A model generated the notes under the pieces. That model saw nothing but the letters and a program-made list of their open reading frames with translations, was not told where the DNA came from and ran no database searches. Positions 10,839 through 18,974 of a DNA stretch of 64,000 nucleotides are shown piece by piece. The stretch comes from an uncultured virus (IMG/VR IMGVR_UViG_3300032226_000438) (lineage: Duplodnaviria; Heunggongvirae; Uroviricota; Caudoviricetes; Crassvirales): IMG/VR virus record IMGVR_UViG_3300032226_000438. One strand, written 5' to 3'. The first letter of the stretch is position 1. Each line of letters starts with the position of its first letter. The translations under genes were made by a program, and so were the position numbers.

Positions 10839-12419
10839 TTAGAATTTATTTAACAAAGGTAATAACTTTCCACCATACTTAAATTTATTATTTTTACTAT
10901 TGATAGTACTAGCTGCTGCTCCTGCTGCTATAGCTGCTGGTGGAAGAACTGTTTTCATACTACCATATACAGTACCAGTATTATTATAATACCCAACAGC
11001 TTTACCAGATTTAACAAAGCTTTCCCAAACATCTTTAGAACCTGTTCTAATTATTTTACCAGAATTATCTTTTATAGTTGTTGTTTGAGAATTAAATCCT
11101 GGTTTTACTCTACCTAAATCTAATGATTTAAGATAATCGTTTATTGATTCATAAGTTTTTGTTCCTCGTCTACCTGAACTATCACCAAAAACTCCACTCA
11201 ATGAATCGCCCATATTTAATCCTGGAATATTTTTATAATAATCTTCATCAGAAATATCTTCTACTTTACCTTTAAATTTACCAGGAATAATTCTTGTATT
11301 AAAATAACTTAAACCTTTAGGTGAATTAAAAGTAATTGTACCACCTATATCAATACCTTTAACAGTATAAGGAATACCTGATATATTTTTTTTAGCTATT
11401 ATTTCATTTAATTTTGGTAAATTATCATTAAAAGTTTTTACATAATCTTCTTTGGTCATTCTTTCAGCTCCTAATATATCTACATCTAAATCTAAATCTG
11501 ATGCTATAAAATCTACTTTACCATTAGGTTTCAATACTATTTTTTCAAAATCTTTATCTGGTAAATTTTTTATTAACTCTTTAGTTTCATTATCTACTCT
11601 ATTTAAAACACCTTCTCTAGTAAATCCTGACCTACTATATACATTTGTTACATTAGGTAAATTAGGTAATTGTACTCGTGAAGAATTTCTTCTTTCTTTC
11701 ATTTCTACAATTTCTCTTCTATAAGACTCAAGAAGATCTTCGTCTCTTTGATTTTTATTATCTATAATATTTTCTAATGAAGTTTCAGGTTGTGTTCTTA
11801 AATTATTTTGTTTAGTTCTTTTAACCATTTGTATAATATCAGCATCTTTACCTGAAATTCCAGGTTGTTGTAATAAACTTTTTAAATCATTTATACTAAA
11901 ACCTTCTAAACTTCTTGGCATTGAAAATTTTGGTAATGAAGCAATTTTAGTAATAGGTATTTTATTTGCTACTTTACGTAAACCAGATAACGCTTTAGCA
12001 CCAATTCCAGCACCAACTATATTAAAAGGGTCTGCTACTATATCAGCTGCAAGACCTAAAGTACTTTTTAATCTACCATTAGGTAATTTATTATTAGCTA
12101 CAACTTCACCTGGAGTATTATATTTATTATCAGTTAACGCTCTAGTCATCATTCTTTGTGGTTCAGCTGATAATATATCTAATGCTGGAAGTACAGCATC
12201 ACCAGGATTTATCATAGCCATAGATAATCTATCTTTTAATGATAAATTTCTACTACTACCAGCATAATCATAACTACCATCACTTTTTCTAACTACACCA
12301 TAATCTTTTCCATCACTAGCTTTAGCGATTAAAACATTCGGATTAGTTTTACTTTTTCTTACTTGATTACTATCGAATGTAAGTTTACCAAGTCTTTGAG
12401 TATTAGGAAGTATTTTCAT
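10839..12419 (-). CDS. Putative virion/internal protein
   Basis: Likely start MKILPNT at 12419, just after the upstream stop; LAADIVADPFNIVGAG segment; C-terminal KFKYGGK. Confidence 0.55.
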   Translation of the reverse strand: MKILPNTQRLGKLTFDSNQVRKSKTNPNVLIAKASDGKDYGVVRKSDGSYDYAGSSRNLSLKDRLSMAMINPGDAVLPALDILSAEPQRMMTRALTDNKYNTPGEVVANNKLPNGRLKSTLGLAADIVADPFNIVGAGIGAKALSGLRKVANKIPITKIASLPKFSMPRSLEGFSINDLKSLLQQPGISGKDADIIQMVKRTKQNNLRTQPETSLENIIDNKNQRDEDLLESYRREIVEMKERRNSSRVQLPNLPNVTNVYSRSGFTREGVLNRVDNETKELIKNLPDKDFEKIVLKPNGKVDFIASDLDLDVDILGAERMTKEDYVKTFNDNLPKLNEIIAKKNISGIPYTVKGIDIGGTITFNSPKGLSYFNTRIIPGKFKGKVEDISDEDYYKNIPGLNMGDSLSGVFGDSSGRRGTKTYESINDYLKSLDLGRVKPGFNSQTTTIKDNSGKIIRTGSKDVWESFVKSGKAVGYYNNTGTVYGSMKTVLPPAAIAAGAAASTINSKNNKFKYGGKLLPLLNKF

Positions 12420-12420
12420 A

Positions 12421-12705
12421 TTACCATGTTTTTCTAGCATATACTCTAAAAGCTTTTGACCTACTGTCATTACCTTTTAGATTCTTAGCATGTCTTGAAT
12501 AAAAAGCATCTTTTCTTTTCTCTGATTTATGTTGTCTATAGTCTTGCATAGAAGAATCACCAAAGTGATGCCATTTACCTCCCATATATACAGCCATCTT
12601 TTTACCTTTATTATCAGACCTTTTAGTAGCACCATCTCTAGGAGTTTTACCACCATCAGCCATTTTAGGTAGTATATTAGTATCAGGTAATAATTTGCTT
12701 TTCAT
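12421..12705 (-). CDS. Small basic protein (DUF5754-like)
   Basis: KK..V....WHHFGD..M.DY..H...RK..FY.RH pattern; MADGG motif. Confidence 0.5.
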   Translation of the reverse strand: MKSKLLPDTNILPKMADGGKTPRDGATKRSDNKGKKMAVYMGGKWHHFGDSSMQDYRQHKSEKRKDAFYSRHAKNLKGNDSRSKAFRVYARKTW

Positions 12706-12706
12706 A

Positions 12707-12901
12707 CTAACAGTTTTTCATTTTACCACCATACTTCATTTTACTAATATCAGGTAACATACCACCCATCATTTTACTATTAGCTTTAATCTTTTCTCCT
12801 TGTTCTTTTATTTTTCTTGTGGGTTCTTTAGGTGTAGCTCCAGTTCTTTTATTCTCTTTAGCTTTATTCCTTATGTTTTTCCAAAGTGAATTCTTTTCCA
12901 T
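12707..12901 (-). CDS. Small basic protein with xxGG motifs
   Basis: SLWKNIR...KEPT...KMMGG...KMKYGG. Confidence 0.55.
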   Translation of the reverse strand: MEKNSLWKNIRNKAKENKRTGATPKEPTRKIKEQGEKIKANSKMMGGMLPDISKMKYGGKMKNC

Positions 12902-12903
12902 GT

Positions 12904-13188
12904 TTATTGTATTTTAGATTTCATAAATTCATCAAATTTATCTTCAGGTACTGTATAAACAATTCCATCTATAGTAACCTCATAATATCTCTTAGGTCTT
13001 TTAGCATTAGCAATTAAATCATCCTTACCACCCACTCCATATTTCTCAAACTCTTTATGACTTAATAATATTACTTTATCTCCATAAGGTACTTCATATA
13101 AATCTACTTTCTTAATATTACTTATCTCCATATTTAAGTCTTTAATAGATATAACAATTGCAATACTAACTATAATACAAGTACTCAT
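12904..13188 (-). CDS. Hypothetical protein (true start may be MEISN)
   Basis: First ORF of the minus-strand operon. Confidence 0.45.
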   Translation of the reverse strand: MSTCIIVSIAIVISIKDLNMEISNIKKVDLYEVPYGDKVILLSHKEFEKYGVGGKDDLIANAKRPKRYYEVTIDGIVYTVPEDKFDEFMKSKIQ

Positions 13189-13575
13189 AGTAATTAGTTT
13201 AAAACCTCAACATCTATATACTAATCAAGCTCACATATTTATATGTGAGTGCCTGAAAGGCATACAAAGCCCATTACAACTTTTTTGTTGTTTTGAGGTT
13301 AGTTTTGATTTTTAAAAGTTATCTAAGTTTTTCACTGGCGGTCTGACTTTCGTTTTACCAAAGAGACTAATCTCTATTCCTCCGTTTTCCCTTACCATGA
13401 AAATTCTCACCAAGATGGCAGGAGGATACCCTTAAAACTATTAATAACTCTTTTAAATCTAATGAAGTCCTTCGTTCTATTTAAACTATCTACTCCAATC
13501 TGCTCTTTAGTCGTGTTAATGCTTTGTATCACTACAACTGAGGATTCTTGGTATCCTTAAAGAGGTTAGATAATG

Positions 13576-13605
13576 CAAATATAAACTAAAAAATCAACAA
13601 AGCAA
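13576..13605 (-). promoter_or_regulatory. Bacteroidota-type sigma promoter driving the structural operon
   Basis: Minus strand TTG-N19-TATATTTG, matching the -33/-7 consensus TTG-N~19-TAnnTTTG. Confidence 0.65.
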
Positions 13606-13614
13606 TAGATATAG

Positions 13615-13815
13615 TTAGTTTAATGAGAAATTATTTAAGTCTGGTATAGCACTAATTAACTTAACTGTATCAAAATCAATGTCATACTCTAAAAGAAACT
13701 CAAATAATTCATTGATATTATTTGCAAAAAACTTTAATGGTTGTTCTTCACCATCTATTAATATAGCATACGTCATAACTTTTTTGTGACAAATATATAT
13801 ATATATTTGCAACAT
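13615..13815 (-). CDS. Hypothetical small acidic protein (likely start MTYAIL)
   Basis: ORF downstream of the minus-strand TATATTTG. Confidence 0.4.
   Translation of the reverse strand: MLQIYIYICHKKVMTYAILIDGEEQPLKFFANNINELFEFLLEYDIDFDTVKLISAIPDLNNFSLN
13790..13809. promoter_or_regulatory. Perfect 20-bp palindrome with back-to-back TATATTTG elements
   Basis: CAAATATATATATATATTTG at the coding strand switch. Confidence 0.55.
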
Positions 13816-13873
13816 AGCCCCCCCTTGTTATTATTTTATTTTAGTACCCCCCCCCTATTTTTGAGATAAATGG

Positions 13874-14004
13874 CTAGTGGTAAAAATAGTGTGTTTGTTA
13901 ACTATGACTAGTTGTAAAAAATATAGTGTGTTTATAAGCATCTATATCAAACGCCCCACCAACATTTTCAAATTCTTCTACCCCGTCAAAGAATCTAGTG
14001 GTAA
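13874..14004 (+). repeat. Imperfect direct repeats CTAGT(G/T)GTAAAAA..TAGTGTGTTT
   Basis: Copies at 13874 and 13908, partial CTAGTGGTAA at 13995; poly-C tracts nearby. Confidence 0.55.
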
Positions 14005-14098
14005 TTGCTGATTGTGGTTGGCTGTTGCTACTACATAAACTGTAGAATAAAATAGACTTATGTACAGGATATTACATCTTGAACTAAACCTTAATATC

Positions 14099-14308
14099 AT
14101 GAGTGAACAAGCAAAAGTATTATTCTTTAATCTTGAACTATCGTTTCAAGAGTTAATAGAATTAGATTATGATGATGACAACGGAGATTTGTTATCATAT
14201 AAATCAGCATATCTTTCAGCAATGAAATACTATGCTAAGTCTTTAAACGAGTTAAAAGATTATGTTAAAAGCAAAGAACTCCAAGCGCAAGCTGGTGGAG
14301 TTATGTAA
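14099..14308 (+). CDS. Early hypothetical protein
   Basis: Start MSEQ chosen because the upstream ATG lies inside the promoter-like motif. Confidence 0.55.
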   Translation: MSEQAKVLFFNLELSFQELIELDYDDDNGDLLSYKSAYLSAMKYYAKSLNELKDYVKSKELQAQAGGVM

Positions 14309-14315
14309 ACAACAA

Positions 14316-14352
14316 GTAGCACATTACATTAGTAGTGTGTTACTTTCTTTTT
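14316..14352 (+). terminator. Intrinsic terminator
   Basis: GTAGCACATTAC/GTAGTGTGTTAC hairpin plus T-rich tail. Confidence 0.65.
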
Positions 14353-14437
14353 ATACTGTGTATAAAATATACAGTAACTAATGTAATGCAATAGACTTAT
14401 ATAATGGATATTTCATTTTGAACCAAAACATTTTATT

Positions 14438-14539
14438 ATGAAAGAATTTAAAAAGATTATTAGTCTTAAAAGACTACAGTCCAATCCTCTTATTGTTGCT
14501 CAAATCATGGATTTAGCACAACGCAAGGGTTGGAAGTAA
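14438..14539 (+). CDS. 33-aa early peptide MKEFKKIISLKRLQSNPLIVAQIMDLAQRKGWK
   Basis: Manual translation; flanked by a promoter-like motif and a terminator. Confidence 0.55.
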   Translation: MKEFKKIISLKRLQSNPLIVAQIMDLAQRKGWK

Positions 14540-14547
14540 AAGAAATT

Positions 14548-14582
14548 GAGTAGTAACTATTGTTACTACTCTTTCTTTTTTT
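14548..14582 (+). terminator. Intrinsic terminator
   Basis: GAGTAGTAAC-TATT-GTTACTACTC plus T run. Confidence 0.75.
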
Positions 14583-14660
14583 AAAGTAAGTATATATTCC
14601 ATAAACTAATGTAATGGGTATTTCTGTTTGATATTAATCTTAATCTTAAAAACAATTACA

Positions 14661-14840
14661 ATGAATGACTTAATTGAAACATTAGAATACTTATCACTCT
14701 TAATTAAAATAGAATTAAGTGATGATGTACAAGTAGATTTATCTTATTATGAATTACTAACTAAAGTTAGAAATCAAATAGATGAGTTGATATTAGTTGT
14801 TATTACACAAGAATTAAATAACATCAGAGAGTCTATTTAG
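14661..14840 (+). CDS. Early hypothetical acidic protein
   Basis: MNDLIETLE... downstream of motif copy 3. Confidence 0.5.
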   Translation: MNDLIETLEYLSLLIKIELSDDVQVDLSYYELLTKVRNQIDELILVVITQELNNIRESI

Positions 14841-14967
14841 ACTCTCTACTTTTATACTTCGTATAAAAACTATAACTAATGTTAATGTAATATAAAAATA
14901 GATGCACTTATATAAAGGATATTCCCTTTGGATATAGTTTTTTTTGTTTCTTTTAATACTTTTCAAG

Positions 14968-15441
14968 ATGGCTTTAGGCACTAAATCCACTACAAAGACT
15001 CCAGCTAACGCTGTTGAGTCTGTGAAAAACATCAATAATATCATCCATTTCATGGCTGAGATTACTGATATTAGAGAATGCGCTAATCCTGAACTACGAG
15101 TAGTTGAGGATGATATCGCATACTATAAATCCACTTCAGGTTCACTCTACCTATGGGCGGAGTGTACTCGCGAAGATGGTTTAAGTCAATCAGCCATGTT
15201 GTTCCAAAATGTCTTGTTTGACAAGAATGGAAAACAACGTTACGAAGTTGGAAGCGTAGTTCCAATCGATGCCGTTGTTACGAGCAATTCTGCCAAAGAA
15301 GATTCTCTTCTATGGAAGATTGCTCCTCCAGGCGTTGCACCCAAAGTATCATTAGACAAGTTGTCTGCTGATACTAAATGGGTTAACGCAGTTCGTAGTG
15401 GTAACATAAAGCCTTATGTACCTCCTACTAAACTGAAATAG
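14968..15441 (+). CDS. Early hypothetical protein
   Basis: MALGTK... downstream of motif copy 4; higher GC than surroundings. Confidence 0.6.
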   Translation: MALGTKSTTKTPANAVESVKNINNIIHFMAEITDIRECANPELRVVEDDIAYYKSTSGSLYLWAECTREDGLSQSAMLFQNVLFDKNGKQRYEVGSVVPIDAVVTSNSAKEDSLLWKIAPPGVAPKVSLDKLSADTKWVNAVRSGNIKPYVPPTKLK

Positions 15442-15449
15442 GAAAAATT

Positions 15450-15482
15450 AAGAGAGTTAGCAATAACTCTCTTTCTTTTTTT
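15450..15482 (+). terminator. Intrinsic terminator
   Basis: AAGAGAGTT/AACTCTCTT hairpin plus T run. Confidence 0.7.
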
Positions 15483-15789
15483 ATTCCTATTTAGTTTACT
15501 AAACAACTGGGAACTAATGCACGGAGCTAATGCCCGAGTTATGCGTTAAACTTTCTACTTTTACTTTTGTTGTTACACTTTTTACTTGTTTTGTTAATTA
15601 CTGGCGTCACAATGTGTCACTGTTAGTAGTTAAAATGTTGATAGTGAATGAGTTGAGTGTGTGAATGGGAGTGATTACTCCAACAACACCCATTATCGAC
15701 TCATTTCACTATTGATATCATTTGTTACTCTTTAATAATACTATTTAGTGTTAATGTAAAATAATAGTTAAAACCAAAATAATTATATT

Positions 15790-16155
15790 ATGAAAAACTT
15801 ATTATGGTGTGCAAATCACCAACCATTACAAGAGCAACTTGATTCATTAAATGAAATGGGTAATCTTATCTTTCTAAAAGATATAGCTCCATTTACAATG
15901 GAAATGATATCAAACACTCCATCTAACAGAGATGAGTGTAAAGATTTAGCTGATACTATTTCAATGTTAGCAGAAAACCATAACGCTAAGATTGTACAGT
16001 TAGGAGGTAGTCCATTATTCTTAGTAATGGCATCACCAATCATTGGTAGTGGTAGAATGATATTTGCTGACTCTGATAGAGTTAGTGAGGATATACTACA
16101 ACCAGATGGTTCAGTAAAAAAGATTTCAACTTTTAGACATAAAGGTTGGTCTTAG
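15790..16155 (+). CDS. Csx20-like putative ring nuclease, paralog 1
   Basis: NHQPLQEQ...ISNTP...IVQLGG...FADSDRVSEDILQPDGSVKKISTFRHKGW. Confidence 0.5.
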   Translation: MKNLLWCANHQPLQEQLDSLNEMGNLIFLKDIAPFTMEMISNTPSNRDECKDLADTISMLAENHNAKIVQLGGSPLFLVMASPIIGSGRMIFADSDRVSEDILQPDGSVKKISTFRHKGWS

Positions 16156-16227
16156 AATATGACAGTAGAGTGATAGTAATATCACTACTACGATTGTTAA
16201 TTAATAACATGATATGAAAACATTTAA

Positions 16228-16480
16228 GACAGAGCTGAAAACTCTATAAACTTATTCTAAGTGATTTAGAAATCACGTATGTCCTGACTTTAACTACAGA
16301 GTAATTAACTGTAGAAATGGACTCTAAATTTAATGTATCATTCTAGTTTCACAAGGACTAGCAGTTGTAATTATACAGTAGGCAGAAGTTATCTGTTATC
16401 TAATACTAGTTTATAGATAAATTAATTACAACTGAATACAGAGTGGATAAAAAACCTCATTTGAGGACACTACTTTCTTT
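16228..16480 (+). ncRNA. Cluster of predicted RNA structures (candidate ncRNA)
   Basis: Successive stems, including an 11-bp CAGTTGTAATT/AATTACAACTG closing a three-way junction (16362-16434). Confidence 0.45.
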
Positions 16481-16660
16481 TACTTATGTTTAATTAGAGT
16501 AATTAAAATCATTTAGTTCAAAGCCTAGAGTATTATGTCAACCATGGATAAGATATAATATGCTCAAGACGCAACTTACTTAAATAACTCTTGAATTAAA
16601 CCGAACGAATTGTAAAAGTTTTATAGTGTATCTTTATAACTAAACCAAAACTATTATATT

Positions 16661-16987
16661 ATGACAAAAGTATTTGCAGCAGAGAAATATACTTATGGTT
16701 CTGATTTTATGAGAGAGTTTGATACTCTTGATGAACTCAAACGAGGTATAGTAGAACACGAGTTGTTTTTCGAAATGTATGACGAGGTAACTCGTGAAAC
16801 AAATTATACTGATGATATGTACACAGAGGAGTTATTCAAAGAACACTCTAAAGGTTACAAACTATTCGAGATTGACTTACATGATGATGAAAAACTCTGT
16901 TGGAGTGAGTACGATGGACAATCTTATTTCTCTATTGAAAAGAAAAAACCACAAATTCTATCTACTATGAAACAAGTAGGTAAATAA
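16661..16987 (+). CDS. Early hypothetical acidic protein
   Basis: ORF with AACCAAAA leader. Confidence 0.6.
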   Translation: MTKVFAAEKYTYGSDFMREFDTLDELKRGIVEHELFFEMYDEVTRETNYTDDMYTEELFKEHSKGYKLFEIDLHDDEKLCWSEYDGQSYFSIEKKKPQILSTMKQVGK

Positions 16988-17132
16988 AATATTCTATAAC
17001 ACAATAATCTGAACAGTTAACATTTGGGTTATTGTTGTTATATTATGCAGTCCAAATTTAACTGATTATTAGACTATAAACATTAGAATCAGTCCTTAGA
17101 GTGGTGGTTCATAGAAATATGATAAACTCTAT

Positions 17133-17177
17133 AAAAAACTTAATAACATTCCAAGTTGTTGAGGACACCAGTTTCTT
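17133..17177 (+). repeat. Dispersed RNA-like motif, copy 2
   Basis: AAAAAACTTAATAAC-loop-GTTGTTGAGGACACCAGTTTCTT; other copies at 16449-16479 and 17642-17686. Confidence 0.65.
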
Positions 17178-17272
17178 TGATTAAAATATGTGTTAGATAA
17201 CTAATGACGTTTAGTCTCTACATAAAGGTTATCAATCAAAGTTTTAGGTGTAAAACACAAACCAAAATCAAT

Positions 17273-17638
17273 ATGAGAAATTTCTTATGGTGTTCTCCTC
17301 ACACCCCAACAGAGGAACAATTTAACTCCTTAAACAATCAACATCCTTTGTTGCTACTCAAGGATATAAATCCTGAGTTAGCAGAAAGATTGCTAAACAC
17401 TCCTAGAGATAGGAGGGATTGTCAACGATTAGCAGATGAAATTTCAGCTACTGCTGAACAGTTTGACGCTATGATTGTCCAACTAGGTGGTTCACCGTTA
17501 TTTCTAGTGTTGGCTGGACCAATCATAGGAAGTGGTAGAATGATATTTGCTGAATCAGAAAGAATCAGTGAGGATATACCTCAAGCTGATGGTTCAGTTA
17601 AAAAGATATCCACCTTTAGACATAAGGGTTGGATATAA
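17273..17638 (+). CDS. Csx20-like putative ring nuclease, paralog 2
   Basis: Start MRNFLWC at 17273 gives 121 aa, the same length as paralog 1; near-identical C-terminal half. Confidence 0.5.
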   Translation: MRNFLWCSPHTPTEEQFNSLNNQHPLLLLKDINPELAERLLNTPRDRRDCQRLADEISATAEQFDAMIVQLGGSPLFLVLAGPIIGSGRMIFAESERISEDIPQADGSVKKISTFRHKGWI

Positions 17639-17641
17639 ATC

Positions 17642-17686
17642 AAAAAACTCAATAACTAATAAAGTTGTTGAAGACATTAGTTTCTT
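17642..17686 (+). repeat. Dispersed RNA-like motif, copy 3
   Basis: AAAAAACTCAATAAC-loop-GTTGTTGAAGACATTAGTTTCTT. Confidence 0.65.
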
Positions 17687-17767
17687 ACATACAGTCCAGA
17701 TAACTTCATGACTACGCTGTAAGTTTTAGATGTCTTTTTCTATGATTATTAACCAAACCTATTATAT

Positions 17768-18001
17768 ATGACAAAAGAAAAGATTTACTGGAAAATGCGT
17801 AATGGTAATCTTATATCTGTAGATGATATGGATGAAGAACACGCAAAGAATGTACTAAAGATAGTTTTAAAGAATAGACAGACTGTTATTAAACAGATTG
17901 TTAAATCTAAAAGGCAATCTTTTATGTTAGGAGATATAGCTGCTGAATTTAACAGTAGTCAATATGATGACAATGAATATGATGAATCATTAATGCACTA
18001 A
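17768..18001 (+). CDS. Hypothetical protein
   Basis: YWKMRNGNLISVDDMDEEHAKN motif. Confidence 0.6.
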   Translation: MTKEKIYWKMRNGNLISVDDMDEEHAKNVLKIVLKNRQTVIKQIVKSKRQSFMLGDIAAEFNSSQYDDNEYDESLMH

Positions 18002-18003
18002 TT

Positions 18004-18168
18004 ATGGAAGAAGTTACAACTTATGTGTTAGTCTCATGGCCTGAAAGTCAAATACTAATGGAATACGATTGGTTCGATGAATGTATCTTAATGAATGATG
18101 AAAATCATTTAGATAATGTAGGTTCATCAGCTTATTTTGTTCCATTTGAAAGATGGAAAGAGCTATGA
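18004..18168 (+). CDS. 54-aa hypothetical protein (YVLVSWPESQILME...GSSAYFVP)
   Basis: Manual translation; ATGA overlap with next gene. Confidence 0.6.
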   Translation: MEEVTTYVLVSWPESQILMEYDWFDECILMNDENHLDNVGSSAYFVPFERWKEL

Positions 18169-18974
18169 AGATTAAGGTAATTGACTACGTACCACATAAT
18201 AAGAGTTTACCTCTTATTATTGGTATATTAACAGTTACTGCATTTATTCTTGGAGTTAAGTATTCTAATGCTGGAATGTACTATGAGCAATCAATAGTAC
18301 CAGAGACAAAGTTCTTCACTATATTTCAGACTAAAGTTGATACAGTTTATGTAGAAAAGAAAGTTACAGAAGCAGTTATCAATGAAGATGCGTATGGTGA
18401 TAGAAACTACGGTCACAGTATTAGAAGACTTAACTTGAAAGAATTAAGGCAGAAACTAACGAACATGGGATTCAGACACTTAAACAATATTGATTTGTTT
18501 AAGATGCGTCGTATATGGTTGTTATACAACTATGATGATATGTTAATGAATGTCCATGTACTTACTGATTTTCCTGTTAGTATGATTTACAGTTTCTTTA
18601 TTATAGAAGCTACTACTACAGGAATAGAAACAGACTTATGGAGATTACATGCTAATGCTGGAGGTGTTAAAGCACTCAAGGGTCATAGTACTGTAACTTA
18701 TAGTACAAGAGAAGTTATTGGTGGAAGAAACAAAAGAATAAGAGCTAAATTCTTTAGTAGTAAAAGTACTAAAGATGGTATTGCATTATGGTCTGGAGTA
18801 TTAAACTCTGATAGATACAAGAAATGCAAGACTTATGATATTAAACCACCACAACTATACAAGAAAATCTGTAAGTGTATCTACAAGAGTGGATATCACA
18901 CAGATACAGATTACGAATTTAGAGCTTCACTAATGTCAGAATATTGGGACTTAAAGAAACATTTACCTGAATGA
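18165..18974 (+). CDS. Membrane-anchored glucosaminidase/FlgJ-like (GH73-type) peptidoglycan hydrolase
   Basis: N-terminal TM helix; FIIEA, NAGGVK, TREV, RY and GYHTD motifs. Confidence 0.65.
   Translation: MKIKVIDYVPHNKSLPLIIGILTVTAFILGVKYSNAGMYYEQSIVPETKFFTIFQTKVDTVYVEKKVTEAVINEDAYGDRNYGHSIRRLNLKELRQKLTNMGFRHLNNIDLFKMRRIWLLYNYDDMLMNVHVLTDFPVSMIYSFFIIEATTTGIETDLWRLHANAGGVKALKGHSTVTYSTREVIGGRNKRIRAKFFSSKSTKDGIALWSGVLNSDRYKKCKTYDIKPPQLYKKICKCIYKSGYHTDTDYEFRASLMSEYWDLKKHLPE

Larger units (their letters stand above)
14056..14923 (+). promoter_or_regulatory. Four copies of the 18-bp motif ACTWATRTAMWGGRTATT upstream of early genes
   Basis: 14056-14073, 14395-14412, 14605-14622, 14906-14923; each 25-45 nt before an ATG. 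Confidence 0.65.

Noticed and set aside
15512..15546. Tandem CTAATGC(A/C)CG units as a functional repeat
   Set aside because: Only two to three short degenerate units; too weak to support.
16281..16322. Hammerhead ribozyme (CTGA...GAAA)
   Set aside because: The core reads CTGACTTT rather than CTGANGA, and no stem III/NUH site is present.
16449..17686. CRISPR array
   Set aside because: Only three degenerate copies, separated by 500-700 bp containing genes; no regular spacers.
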